In this document: positions 51,094-64,000 of the stretch, piece by piece
Layout: the number at the start of each line of letters is the position of its first letter
Position numbering within the stretch: position 1 is the stretch's first letter
Source: Squalus acanthias
Lineage: Eukaryota
DNA length: 64,000 bases
Assembly (NCBI GenBank): GCA_030390025.1
Contig: CM059430.1
Span: forward strand, 48,980,001-49,044,000
Reading direction: 5' to 3'
Program-made: the position numbers and the translations under genes
The notes under the pieces: generated by a model
Told to the model about the DNA's origin: nothing
What the model saw: only the letters and a program-made list of their open reading frames with translations
Databases searched by the model: none

Positions 51094-51864
51094 GGGCCAT
51101 AATTTGCTGTAGCAGGGCAACGAATGGCATCCTGCATTAGTTCGTTTAATCGCATGATATTTTGCGCTGTAAGTTGCTGAAAGTGCGAGCTGATGATAAT
51201 GCAGTGAAGAAAATCGGGCATGTGGTACCTGAGTGAACAGGGAAAGCAACTGCGCATTTCCTTACTAAACAGATTGAAGGATTGTGAAATTAACAGTGCA
51301 AGGACTGAGAAGGAAATGTAATTTAGAGTGGGTGAATTCAATGCCAAATCAGGCACAGAAAGAGAAATAACGAGAAGGAAAGAAAGATTGGATTAAGAGA
51401 GAGAGAAAAAAGAGACAAAGGAAAAGTTTAAAAAAAAAAGTATTTTAAATTTGACATTTTGAAAATCTCCAACAACAATTAACACCTGCAGGAATGAGAC
51501 TCCACACTTATAATAGTTAATTTTCAGTGCTAGGGGTTGTTTGGCAGTAATTAACACTTACCACGTTGGTAAAAGGGTACCTAAGCTGAAATGGACAAGA
51601 CTTCACTTTCTGTGACGAGTTTAGTTTGTATCTACCGCGCAAATACAGCAACCTTGCGCTATTCAATGCATTTCAATGAGGAGCCAGACAGCGAGATTCC
51701 GTATTCACGAAGCTCATGCTGGAGCGGCGCATCTCGCACAGCAGCTTTTGGATTTTGGTGTTTAACCTCGCATCTGCCCTCGCCTGAATTTGCTGTAGCA
51801 TTTGTGCATAAATAATGGGGAGCGCCATTAGCCTCACCATTATTTTGACAGCACATTATGGCCC
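51094..51864. mobile_element. Non-autonomous DNA transposon, Harbinger-like ends (771 bp)
   Basis: TIR GGGCCATAATTTGCTGT vs GGGCCATAATGTGCTGT (16/17); flanks AAA/AAT. Confidence 0.8.
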
Positions 51865-53554
51865 AATTATATAAATAGAATTCATAGACGGAAAACTGGT
51901 TCTTTAGGGCAATCATTTAGTCTAATACATTGAAAACAGAACATATCACAAAGTTGCTTAACTACTGGGCATTTGGAGCTTCAGGCAGTTTGGTTCTCTT
52001 GTACTGTTTAAATATCCAATAGTAGCTTCCAAACCTGAAGAGCAAACAATAGAATTTGTACTGTGAATAATGAGCTGTGTAAGTTTTTTTTAGGGTAGGC
52101 CCACCATACAGGCAAGTTTTAGAGCAGAGTAAAAGGTAACTGAGCATCATTTACGTTCAGTGATTTATAGGTTGCTGTCAGGATTCGAGATTTTTGACTC
52201 TTTGACCTAGGAGGAATTTCGGGTACTTTATGTTGAGATGTTGATATTAAAGTTAATTCAGCTCACAAGGGATTACATCCACTTTCTGAAATTTCAAATT
52301 AGTTCCACTTGAAGCATATTTTTCTTGCATATCACATCAACTTGAGGCAATGAAGTTCATTTAACACATTCCAGAGAGAAAAAGGAGTGTTGGAAGGGCT
52401 TCATTCATACAAACCTCACGGGGGGAGGGAGGTGGAGGAAATGTTCTAGCTGCCAGGACAGCCCACACCTAGTTGATTTGACTAGCAGCTTAACTGGCCA
52501 ATCCTGAATAAGGGCAGTTGGAGGAAGGTCAGAGGTCAAATCTATGGCTTCCTGTCTAGCTGGAACAAACTGACAAGACAGTTTACAGTAATCTGCAATA
52601 GAAGTCAGGCACAGAGAGTGAGAATGCATCTTAAGTTTAGTGCCAACTAGTTTGAGAATTGCTAGTCGGAAGTGTGAATTTAGCCCGCTAGTGGATAATG
52701 TGGCATGCTTTGTTTTTCTATGTCATGAGCATTATGAAATAGATTCAAATTCACTAAACATTATTCTGTTTGCTCAGTGTCTAGTTTACACAATGAGGCA
52801 GTTCATTACTGCAACTCCCCCCCCCCCCCCCCCGTTACGCTATTCTATGTCTAGACATTGGGAGTTAAACTCTTGATCGGAGGAGTCACTGGCTTGACAT
52901 CACTAGAATACCCGATGATGCTGAACTTGAGAATATCTAGTGCCTAAAATTTGTAACAGCGAATTTGTTTTTTTAACTGAAAAAATAATTCTGCGCAAAA
53001 TGATTGTTTTGTTTGCTTAGAAGCAATTTATTACTGACATTTTAAAGCAATAAGGGCAAATTCTTGTCCCCTTATATGGTCCACATTAACTTAACTTTCT
53101 TTTCCGTCTTCCTCAGTTGAGGGCCTGTTCTGTAGACTTCAGAAGAGATGCATTTCAATCAAACAGAAGTGAGGGTAATATGATGTGCTAATGGGGGAAC
53201 TCTTGAGGAATGTGCCCAAGCTCTGTGAAGATCCCCAATGCCTGATGTGCATCAGCAGAGTATGTCAGTTTCAATTCCACTTGTTTGATACGTATCTCTT
53301 CTTGGCTGTACAGAGAAGCCCTTCAACTATAATTTATCTGAAAAGAAAGGAAGATGTTTAATAATGAAAATAAAATGTCTGCATAAGTCTTGAGATGTCT
53401 TAGAAGAACATCATATCATTTTAAAAAGGAAAGAAAAGGCATTTTTCTTTTAGAAGTTTATTCCTGTGTAGCTGGCCTTTATCTTTTTAGGTTTCTAAAG
53501 CCATGCACTGAAGTATCACATTTTGTTACACTCCACAATCACATTTTGTTACTT

Positions 53555-54281
53555 GGGTGATAATGACGGAGAAACTGTCAGTGTTCACTGTCATTACCCC
53601 TCTGATACTGACCATAACTTCAAGATTTAGTGTATGTGCCGATAAATGCGGAAATCCTGAAGTTGCGGTCAGTCATTCCCTGCTCCGCCACAGGTTGCGC
53701 TGTGGAACTCCCCAGAGCCGGCAATCAATTCTAATCACTTGAACTGACGAAAACTTCCCCTTTTACGTTGGAATAGCTGTTAAAAACCCTCTAATACATT
53801 AAGCCTTGTTGAAAGAGGTGAAACTGGGTTTTTAATGACTTACTGACTGCTGAATAACCGTTCTGGCACTGAAAAACTTTATATTTGTGGAATTTCAAAT
53901 TTTTCCATTAATATGATTACGAATTAGACTGTTTTAATATTTTTTTAAAGTTTGATATTTCAGCTTCCAGCTTAATCCTATGTGTATGTCCCAATCTTTA
54001 CTTCGCTCACTGTAAAATTTATTAAACATAAATTATAATCTATGTATTTTACTTCCTGGTTTGCTGTCTGTGAGAATTCCACAATGTGATTGGCTGCTTA
54101 GCCAGCTTGATGACATCACTGTTGCTGGACGCTGGTGATTCGCTTGATTTCACCCCAGATTCAAACTAAGGTCGGGAGAGCTGAAATTGATGCCACAGAG
54201 ACCGCTAGATCTTTGTAGGCAGCTTTCTTTAAGGTCAGCAGCGATTGCCTTCGCTTCGCCACTGACTGCAAATTCCGGGCT
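53555..54281. mobile_element. Probable old non-autonomous DNA transposon (one recognisable end)
   Basis: Hairpin gggtgataatgac...gtcattacccc at the left, right end gactgcaaattccgggc; same GC-end/AT-centre layout as the other MITEs. Confidence 0.4.
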
Positions 54282-54375
54282 GAAGTGTTCCTGGTGTACA
54301 GTGAGCCATGAAGTTTTCTCAGCCAGTAAAATTGGAGTTGCTCTTCTCAATAGGTTTCTCTTTATTTAAACACAG

Positions 54376-54474
54376 GGCCTTCCATTTCGAAAAATACAGC
54401 ACAGCATAACTGCACAAGACCACCAACCCACCCCAGATAGTTGCATCCTGAGTATGGTAGTAGGACAACTTCAG
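54376..54474 (+). CDS. NUTF2: NUTF2 coding exon 3
   Basis: [33 protein letters not shown]; cacag| acceptor, CAG|GTAAGA donor; 99 nt. Confidence 0.97.
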
Positions 54475-57400
54475 GTAAGAGAGTTTCTGTTAATGGTCTT
54501 GAATTTTATTCAAACCTTTAAACTCACATTGGTTTCAATGATCCTGCAATGTTTAGTCTGATATTTATATCCATTTCCTGTTATGCAAAGAGAATAGTAT
54601 CTAAACCATTTTTTAAAAAAATGTTTGCGTTCACTTGTACAGATGCACAGTAAGAAATTCAAACAACTTTTCTGAAAATGTCCAGAAACAGCAGGAAGAT
54701 AGGAAAGCATAATAAAACCTTTAAAGTTGGAGTGTTCTGCATCCAACCTTTGGGTTAAATTCAATAAATAACTAATGGAAATTCACTATTGCTAATTGTT
54801 AGTAAGTCATTGCAATAATCTTTTAAAAAAAAAAACTTTTAAAATTCTCTTACTATGAGTTCTTGGTTGCTGATGGGCAGCCTGCTTCAAGCCTCTGCCA
54901 CTGCCATTCTGGAACTCTCTGCTTTCTCTTTCTCACTTTGGGGAAACCGAACTTAATGAAATGTGACATTCTGTAGATTAGCATTTAGTGCACCAACAAA
55001 TTTCAATAATCTATCAAAAGTCCAGTATAAGATCACTACTCGTGTTACAGCCCTTATTCATGTAACAGATGCTGCATATTCCTGCACAAGCAAGAAAATG
55101 TGGTGTTTAGAAGGGACGGAAATGGTGTGTATAAAGTTAACTTCAGTTATGCTCCATAATTGGATATGGAGGTGTTTTGAAAAAATTGAATAACTAAAGG
55201 AGTTGCTGACTTTCTGTATGTGTAAAGGGATTGGTAGCCATGAGTACTATAATGGACCTGTACTAATACAATATGTCATGAAGTGGTGGAACTGCTTTTG
55301 CCAGAATCCCCACTTGGCAGGTTCTCGTTTTTTTTTGAGTATTGGGAGTTGGGGAGAAGAATAAGATGCTGCTCCTGAAGTCATTTATACTGGGACCAGT
55401 GAGATGGAATGCAAAGGTCTTTCGTGGCCTGGTGCATTCCTCTGTTCCATTCATGTTGTGCCCTTGGCAGAGGCCCTTGAACAGTTGTCTGCTTGCTGTC
55501 TATTTTCAAAATATAATGAGAACTACAGTAAAAAGGACAGTGTAGAAGAGCGTACCTTACAAAAGGCTTAAAAATGAACTGTGGGATGACAGATACTGTG
55601 AAATGTGCATCAAACATAACCGTATCAAGCTGGGGAAGAACACTCCACTGTAATTGGAAATAAGGTCCCAGAAAGGACTGAACTGAAAAAAAAAAATCAT
55701 AAATGAATCCAACTGGGTAAAGTAAGAAAGGATAGACAGATAAATTTAACTTTCACAAGAGCCTGTCACTTAATAGATCAGAACAAGTACCTGCCACTGA
55801 ATCAGAAATGACCCAACCTAATATCCCAGGAGAGGGAATCAAACCTGTAGGAAGGAAAGAGGGGAAGAGTAAAAGGAAAATGTTGTAGCTGGAGTAACAG
55901 AGGAACAAAGCACGGAATGCTTTACATCTGAGGAAGCCTGTCTTCGCAAGTGAGTATTGCATGGTGTCGGAGATCTAAGGGGAGGGGAAGAGGAAAGTAG
56001 TCAGTAGGTGTGTGTGTGAGTGTGTGGATTTGAGGAATTGGTGGTAGTGGCTATTTTCAGTGCAATAGCATGAATAGAATGATTCGGCGTAAACTAAGGG
56101 CGAGTTAGAAAATACTGCCATCTTCCCTGACTAGGGTTAGCTATTTGTTTTCTTCTATTTATCCGTCTATATTTTTTTGATGGTAAATGAATAATTTAAG
56201 AGTCTAGGTACAAGACTGTAGCAAAATGTAATTTGATATCAAATAAATGTTCAGTACTTCAGCTGTACAATCCGCAACATCTGATTAACCAAGGAGATGC
56301 ATTGTGAGCAGTGTTCTGGTTTGATGCAGGTAAATTCTGCTCAACATAATTTGTTTTAATAGTACATAGAAATTGTTTACTTGTGTCATTAAAATTTTGT
56401 GTTCAATTATCTTTATGTAATTGCTATGTCACTCAAGGTCAGTTAACAGTTACATATTGGAAATAGTTTTGATTGTACCATGTATGATTAGCTTGTGCAC
56501 ATTGCCAATAAAGTGTTTGATCCCTACATTTTCTGATCTGGTTACTGTAGCTCTTTAAGTCACCTCGAAGAATCCAATGGAAATGGACTGAGTTGGTGCG
56601 TTGTTTCTGAAATAGTTTGATGTTCGCCATTTCCTCGAGTAAAATAAAAAGTAAACCATACAGTTCAAGCAGTTTCTTTTTGGGTCACTTTTGTAATGAG
56701 AATTTCTTTTCATTTTGGTATATTTTTACATTTTATGTGAAGTAATGTCAGGTTTTATGCCATAGTCTTCTGAGGCCAGATGCTGTCATTTGAACTCAGC
56801 ATGTACATAATCATAAACATTTTAGAACAGGAGCCATTCCGAGTGATTGATGCCTGTGCCTTTCAACTGGCGCAATCTACCCTAATCCTTTTTTCCCTGC
56901 CCTTTCCCTCTATCCTTCTACATTCTTCCTTTTCAAATACTTACTCAATTCTACCTTTTTAATGACGTTTCAGCCTCCGTCTCAATAGATGTTCATGGTA
57001 AAGCGTTCATGCTAAAGCATCCACGCTTAATAATCCACTGTGTGAAAAAAGTTCCAACTTCCTTCCCTCCTATTGTAATAATACTGAGTCCATGTCCCCT
57101 TGTTATTGAATTCCTGACCTGTAGATACAATCTTTCACTGTTTACTCTCAAACATTTCATAATCATAGAAATCGTATGAAACCTGTTAGATCCTCTTATC
57201 CATTTCTAGTTGTAAAACAAGCCCCAACTTTTCGAGCCTTTCTTCATAACTATAATCTCTCATTCCTGGAATCATTCTTGTGAATCTTCACTACTCTTTC
57301 CATGGCACTAATGTCCTTCCTATAATGGGATGCCCAGAACTGCACACGATAATCCAACTATGGCTTAACTAATGTCTTGTACAAATTTAATATCACTTCC

Positions 57401-58104
57401 TTGCTTTTATATTCAATGCACCTATGTAAAAAAAAAAACCCACAGAATTCCTTTTGCCTTTTTATGTTTTCTATGTGCATTACCTCCTTTTTAAAAATCT
57501 GCATCTACATCAGTAAATTTCTCTTTTCTTGCACTCTGTTGTGTATTTGCATAGATTGAATGAAGTTACCCCACTTTGACTTAATGTTTGTGGTAGGTCA
57601 GCCACACACCTGAAATGTTATTCTAATTTTGCCTTGTGCTTGTTTACCTCCACAGGCAAATTAGTTAACTTTCTTTGTTAATTGAAGCAGCTGCAATTGG
57701 GGAAGATGGCATATAGTCCGGGTGCAGAGTGAGAGAATTGGCCAAGTACAGCGGGGGCAATTCATTCTTGACTTCCATGCTAGTTTTTTATTGTGTGCAT
57801 GTGGTAGCTCATCTTTGGATCATTTGTACCAATTTAGTGTGGATATATTGGTCAAAATGTACTGAATCTCAGGTCAGATTTTGGGGTCAGCTAGACCTTC
57901 AAAACCATGTTTAGTATCGTCAAACTGGTCATGTGAGGGTTTTACACTTCCTTATTTGTTTCTGCTTTAGATTATTGTTAATACTACTTTCAAAATATAT
58001 TTTGGTGCTTACAGAAGGCAAAATCATAAACATGTTAGTTTTTGTAAAATACAGGAATATGAAATCAAACTTGGTAACCATTTGTTATTTCATCTTTTGC
58101 TCAG

Positions 58105-58215
58105 GCAGATGACGACCAAGTTATAGGCTTCCAACAAACATTTTTGTTGAAATGTCTTAGTGATACCTGGGTGTGTACCAATGAGGTCTTCAGGCTAGCA
58201 CTTCACAACTTTTAA
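58105..58215 (+). CDS. NUTF2: NUTF2 last coding exon (protein 126 aa in total)
   Basis: [39 protein letters not shown]; ttttgctcag| acceptor. Confidence 0.96.
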   Translation, partial: ADDDQVIGFQQTFLLKCLSDTWVCTNEVFRLALHNF

Positions 58216-58610
58216 TAAATGAACAGCTCTTTTTCCTCAGTTTGTCTTTCCTCCTCCCCAGTAAGCATTACCTTTTGCAGTTTTGCACGTGTGTGGCCTT
58301 TGCAGGAAATTGCAGCATGTTCTTGCTGTAAGTCCATGTGGGTTTTGCTTGTCTTGAATGTTGCACTGAATTTAATAGATTGCCCCAATTTTGTGAATAT
58401 AACTGAATATAATTCGCACCTACAATGTGCAAAACATAAACCTTAGGATGTGTACACCCTGTGCCAATTTAATGCCATTGCACCAGCACAATTCCTTCCA
58501 GTTCAGCTAACTTGCAAGTGCTTGTTTGTATGGTTGCTGACTGTGTGTTAGCTGTTTATTGCTAATTAGACTGGGCCATTCATTTTGCAGTAAACTAAAC
58601 CTTGATCTTG

Positions 58611-58616
58611 AATAAA
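58611..58616 (+). terminator. NUTF2: Probable NUTF2 polyadenylation signal
   Basis: AATAAA ~400 nt after the stop, followed by a T-rich downstream element ggttttttctgg at ~58644. Confidence 0.65.
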
Positions 58617-58769
58617 CTGCTATAGGTATACTATACAGTACTAGGTTTTTTCTGGCAGGTGGGGAGACTTTGCAGGCATGCAGTGTTTTGATATTAATCA
58701 TGTATATTAATTTTTTTAAGAATCCAATTGTCGACCAACCTAAAATAATTAACTAGTTTACCTGCAACA

Positions 58770-59843
58770 CCCTGGAGTTTCCTCCTTGGGCGCAACCCAA
58801 AATTGTGCCCACTTTGGCGATGTCAAGTTACACCCATGTATTCTCCAAATCTCATTAGAATATGCTCAAACTTAAAATGAGTGTAAATAGGCATAAATCA
58901 GTGTTGGCAACCACACCAGTATATTTCTGAGTCTTAAAATTAAAAGTTTCAACTCATTCAACCATCATTCATGCACATCATTTATATCATCAGTCACAGC
59001 ATTTATAAGAACATGCAATTGGAAGCTTTTCATTTTTTAATGTGATTTATGCTTTGTCATAAAGATGCATTAAAAGAAAATACAGAGTAGGTCTCGGTGA
59101 GGGTACAATTTATTTTAAAAAACGCTCAAAAAATTGTTTTTCTTACCGCGTGTGAAAATCTGGGCACAATGTTGAGACCACTCCCCAAACAAGCGCAGTT
59201 GGAGGATACTCATATTTGTGGCGGGAGCGTGGCCAGTTTTGTGGACGGAGATTTGTTCGGATGGAAGGTTTGATGGACGGGCGTAAAAGACCGAGGAGAC
59301 TTGGGTGTATTGTACAGGAAACTTTCGTTTATCCGGCATCGACGGGACCGGCGTGGTGCCGGTTTATCGAAAGTACCGGATAACAGAGAGTTATATCTAC
59401 CGAGGCTATTTTTAACAAAGAGACTCCAAGCAGCACGGGAGAATCTATTCAAGCTACTGCAATGTTTCGGACTTGCGACAGTGCCAGGAGGCCGAGTAGT
59501 GGCACTTTTGAAAAGTACCCCTACTGACTAAATCGGCGTTCGCGGACTCGGGATCGGCAACATTGCCGGTTATTTGAGAGTATTTTTCGGAGCACTCGGC
59601 GTTCGCGGAGACTCGACTGCGACTCGGCAACATTGCCGGTTATTTGAGAGGAGTTTTCGGAGGCTGATTTTTGCCGGTTAAGCGAGAATTCCGGATATTT
59701 GGGTGCCGGATAAACGAAAGTTTCCTGTAGTTACACGCATATCCCACTTGTGCCCAAAATTCCACGATCTTTTAAGCCACGTAATTGGTTTGCCCCTAGA
59801 TTATTTGTGTATCTGGGTGCGAATGTGGAGGAAACACCAGGCC
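58770..59843. mobile_element. Old non-autonomous DNA transposon hosting the Tc1/pogo MITE
   Basis: Inverted ends CCTGGAGTTTCCTCC (58771) and GGAGGAAACACCAGG (59841). Confidence 0.6.
59315..59727. mobile_element. Tc1/mariner-pogo type MITE (413 bp), copy 2, inverted relative to copy 1
   Basis: Same 24-bp TIR, TA TSD (59313-59314, 59728-59729); near-identical reverse complement of 32546-32970. Confidence 0.93.
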
Positions 59844-61375
59844 AGTGGATAAAATTCCTACTCTATTAGCTTTGTCGGTTCATACTTTCTATACTCAGCT
59901 GTTCGCGGTAGAATTTTTTGTCAGCCGTAGAAACCATTACAACAACAACTTGTATTTATATAGCGCCTTTAACGTAGTAAAACATCCCAAGGCGCTTCAC
60001 AGAAGTATTATAAGACAAAAACATTTGACATTTTTAAAAAATTACCCATTTGTAAACATTGTAAAAGCATTAACTATGAAAATGAAACATAATATCAAAC
60101 AGCAATTTGCAGTGTCAGCAGCAGTTCTATCTTGACAGAATGGATACCAGTTGTTACAAAACTTAAAATATGTATAGAAGACAATGACCTTGTAGTAATG
60201 GTGTTAGCTTCATAACCAAATGGTCATGTGTATTTCAGGACTGTCCAGTTCTCAGAATTCATCTGTTTTTCTTCTCGATTATCACTCCTCGACTCCTCAA
60301 ATTATCTGGGGTAGAGTTTCCATGGTTGCCAGGTGTCGTCCAGTAACATACCTAAGGGGCCGCTATTCATGTACGAGCCTTGAAAGTGAATTAGGTGACT
60401 CTGACCAAGGAGGCCATTGCAGCAGAACATGATCTTGTCCACCTATGTGTACTTTCAGTAGGGGTAGCTGCATGGTGATCAAGTGAAAGCCTTGGTTGAT
60501 TTTCCCTCTACTGACCTAGGAGGGCTGAAGCCATTTGTGGAGCTCCTATGCCTCAAATCAACCAACTCAGCATAGATCGGGATCCTTCCAGCTGCTCACC
60601 AGCTAAAATTGCTGAGTAGTCGGACTGCAGCTGTTCTGGCTTTTAAGAGTTCTTGAGCAGGCTAAGAGGTGAAACATTTGAAAAATTAAAGCATTATGCT
60701 TCTGGGAGGAAAAACTGACCGGGTTGAGAGTTCTCACTAAACAGATTCCAGCCCAGTGGCCCTTTTAAGAAATGCTAACAGATTTTTTTAAAACAGAACT
60801 GTAATCATATGATTGTCAAATTTAATTATATATTTTTATTAGGAAAATATCTGTCTAGGGTAATGGTATCACACTGTAGTGTGTGATTTCTTATGTTTCT
60901 GAAATTGGGGAAATTGCTATGCTGTGCAAACAAGGGGAGGTGTTTCACTGGTTGTGACTATTTCCTGGTATGTTACGGGGGTGGGGGAAATAGAGAACTG
61001 AGCACTCTGATCATTTCAGGAGCCTCTCAGCAACCAGCTCATGAACAGCATATGGAGAATGATGCATGGTGACCTAAAAGAGAGGACGCACAGGATAAAT
61101 GAACATTGGTTTACTGGTGTGTCACAAGTTCCTCTGTATCTACTATACATAAAATCTCCTGGTTAGAAGTAATTTAGCAGCTGATAATTTGTGATTCCCT
61201 ACAGTGACATTAAGTTCTATTCTTGTGGTCATGAATGGGTTGAGCAGTGGTAGTTGTGAAGGAATTTTTACCTTTATTGATGCTCAGATCTTATTTTCTG
61301 TTGAATGAATCCTCCCCATTCTTTATATCACTGTGGGAGAAGCCAGACACACTATCTAATATCCTAGGTGCAGTA

Positions 61376-61572
61376 TGCAGAAGAGCAGTGAAGTTCTCCT
61401 GGTGTCCTTGCCAAATTTTCCCTCAACCAACATCAATTTAAAAAAAAAAGATTATCTAGTCATCTTATTGCTGTTTGTGGGACTTTGCTATGGACACGTT
61501 TCCCTGCATTTCAAATACTTCATTGGCTATGAAGCACTTTGGGATATCCTGAGGTTGTGAAAGGCACCATAC
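61376..61572 (+). mobile_element. Decayed Deu-domain SINE 3' half
   Basis: gaagagcagtgaagttctcctggtgtccttgccaa...tacttcattggctatgaagcactttgggatatcctgaggttgtgaaaggc. Confidence 0.7.
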
Positions 61573-62479
61573 ACAACAACTTCTTCCTCCTCCTTAGTGT
61601 CTCAAATGGAAGAAGGGGGAAAAAACCATCAAATTTGTTGAGAAAGGTTATGAAGAAGGGCCAATAAAATTACCTCAAGTACAAAAAATGTGATCTGGCT
61701 ACCTTCTATTGCACTACATTTTATTATTATGGCATATCAGTAAGTTCAGTATTTAAATTTTAATTTTTGGTAGTTCATCTGTGATATTTTACCTCTGGAA
61801 AGCTACAAAGAAAGAACGAACTTCAGAGAGAGTTAACAGAGGTTCCTGGGAGCAAAATGAAGGCATTTCTCCAAAGCCGCGTTGGCCAACCTCAGATGAT
61901 TGCGGGGGGTCACGACCCCCATTGAGTTGCCAATTCCAACAATACACACACAATATGAGACCCATCCATATGCAAAAGCAAGATCCAGTACACACAAAAA
62001 GAGATGGCAATGGACAAAAAAGGAATCCCCATATTCTAAAAAGTGAGACAGCACCACGCTCATACAATCAAGGCCCCTATATACAAAAATTCCTGATTCC
62101 CCCTGCACAAAAAAAATTAATGCCTCTTCGGTCATCCTTCCACATTTTACTATCCATACTGCCCCTATCTTCCTGTTCCCCAAAAGTTTGAAGACTTGAA
62201 AACTTCAGCTTTTTAAATTTCCCAGACTTAGAGAGGTAAAGGTTGATTCCTGATTGGGACAAAAGTACAGCTCCCTAATTGGCACCAATCAGAGAGCAGA
62301 TTTTTCAAGTGCTGAAGCTGAACAGAATTTGGAATAAGCTTTGCGCACAAAAAACTAAGGAACTGGTGTGGGTTGATAGGCCAGGTAAACCAGATTTGGC
62401 CTGTGGACTGTGTCTTCAACATCCCTATCGTAGCTTGTGCCTTTCCCCTTGTAGATTGACTTATCCTGCGCACTCCTAA

Positions 62480-63640
62480 CCATTTTCCCAACCCTCCACG
62501 AATTACACTCTCATCGGATACATTACACCTATCGCCTGTGTGCTTTGAGCTCCACTATGTTGGACATCCTGGAGCGATGTATGTTGGACATCTCGGGGAG
62601 TTAAGGATTAATAATCGAACAACTTTCTCATGGAGCAACAGGTTTTCCAATATAAACAGGATGGTATTAAAGTATCATGAGGGGAAAGCATAGCCTGTCT
62701 TCTGATGTGTAAAGTGCTTCTGCAAAGAAATACATGACAGTAATGGCGTCAGGCATGGGTGATTAAAGTGTACATTTAGAGGCTAGGGTGATAAAACGGA
62801 GGTATTTATTAGCGATAGTATAGAAAGATAACAGCTTATAAAGCCTATTCAAATGGTTTAAGGACAGTTACGTCAGGACGTCTTGTTTAGGGGAAGTAAC
62901 TTTGAGATAAACAACTACAAATGTTTACATGAATAGACTATCTTCAAAGGATTTGAGAATAGATACGTCATGCAGTCTTATCTGACATTTTCTTTTGATG
63001 TAGGCAAAATATGGTGTATAAAGGAGCATGGTTTTCAGCATTTCTTTGGAGGGCTCGAAGATACTGAAACGGGAAAGCCACTATGTACAGTTAGGCTGAT
63101 CACCTGTACAGTGTATCAATAAAGTCTGTTCCATATACTACACTACGAAGTGTCTCGTGCTTACTCGAAACGTGTTGTGAACCAGAGGAGGAAGGAAGTT
63201 GACTGCTAACACACTAGCTCCCTGTGCCCCAGTGAATTAACTTTGCGATCCTTGTTCTCGGTTTCACATCTCTTCATGGCCTCTACCCACCCTTCTTTAT
63301 GGATCTGCTCCAGCCATATGTCCTTGCATGCATCCTCTGCTCCTGTGACATTTGGTTACTCAATGATCCTGCAACCTCCACTACCCCACTGGTGGCCATA
63401 TTTTTAGTCACCATGTCCCTGCCCTGGAACACCCTCCCTGGGGCCCTCCATCTTGTCACTTCTCTACTCACTTTTAGAAACCTCTTGAAATCCTTTCTCT
63501 TCAATCATGTCTTCAGTCTCTCCCACTCCCCCAGTCTTTTCTATTTTTTGCTTTTTCTCTCCTGTATGGTGCACACAGGTTTTCTCCACTTTAAATGCCT
63601 TGAGAGTTTTGTTCCTGTATGCAATGAGCTTTGTAAGATT
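62480..63640 (+). mobile_element. Old L2 3' fragment split by the solo LTR
   Basis: cattacacct..gtgctttgagctccacta|gctccctgtg...gatccttgttctcggtttcacatctcttcatggcctc resembles HITPVL..LHWLPV..ILVLVF.SLHGL. Confidence 0.65.
62558..63211 (+). mobile_element. Solo LTR (654 bp) of an LTR retrotransposon/ERV, inserted in an old L2
   Basis: TGTTGG...CTAACA termini, exact 5-bp TSD CACTA (62553-62557, 63212-63216), TATA-like gtataaagg ~63017, AATAAA 63118-63123. Confidence 0.9.
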
Positions 63641-64000
63641 GTAAGTTTCATTTTAATGGTTGATGCTAGAAATTCATAAATAAATGGGCTTTAATTGCAT
63701 TTTTGACCAAATCTCTACTAGGCGATACCTGCCCCCCAATCAGGAATTGTAGCTGTATTGGGATCTTGAAGTCCAGGTTTCTTTCGATTTGAATTCCTGT
63801 TTATTGTGAACTATTATGTGTTGTCAAAACTGACGTTTGAAGGATGGAAGATTTTGTGGTGGTGTCTTTGCCCTTCCCTTTTGTGTGACTCTCATCTCTG
63901 AGCGGGCAGGAAATTGCATCATAAAAGTGTCCATTTTTGGTAAAAGATGGCAATTGACTGGTAACCTCATTTGACTGTGCAGGTGGCTAGCATGGGACAT

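Overview
Eukaryotic, repeat-rich vertebrate genomic DNA, most consistent with a cartilaginous fish (shark-type CR1/HER1-like LINEs, L2, Deu-domain SINEs, Penelope remnants). The one recognisable host gene is NUTF2 (+ strand): CpG-island promoter and non-coding exon 1 at ~26.5 kb, four phase-0 coding exons (43003-58215) giving a 126-aa protein, and a polyA signal at 58611. Mobile DNA includes a full-length two-gene PIF/Harbinger transposon (1990-6094; transposase plus a spliced Myb/SANT gene, each with one apparent lesion), its non-autonomous derivative, several other MITEs, a solo LTR with a 5-bp TSD, Penelope fragments with minimal hammerhead-ribozyme cores, and multi-level nested LINEs. The most intriguing signal is a ~3-kb single-ORF (APE-RT) LINE family in three copies. 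It starts with a tRNA-Thr-like A/B-box head, lacks ORF1, and its sense strand is almost free of T4 runs, which suggests (inference) a Pol III-driven autonomous LINE. Most listed ORFs are TE fragments or spurious frames. All family assignments come from motif recognition by eye, not database searches.
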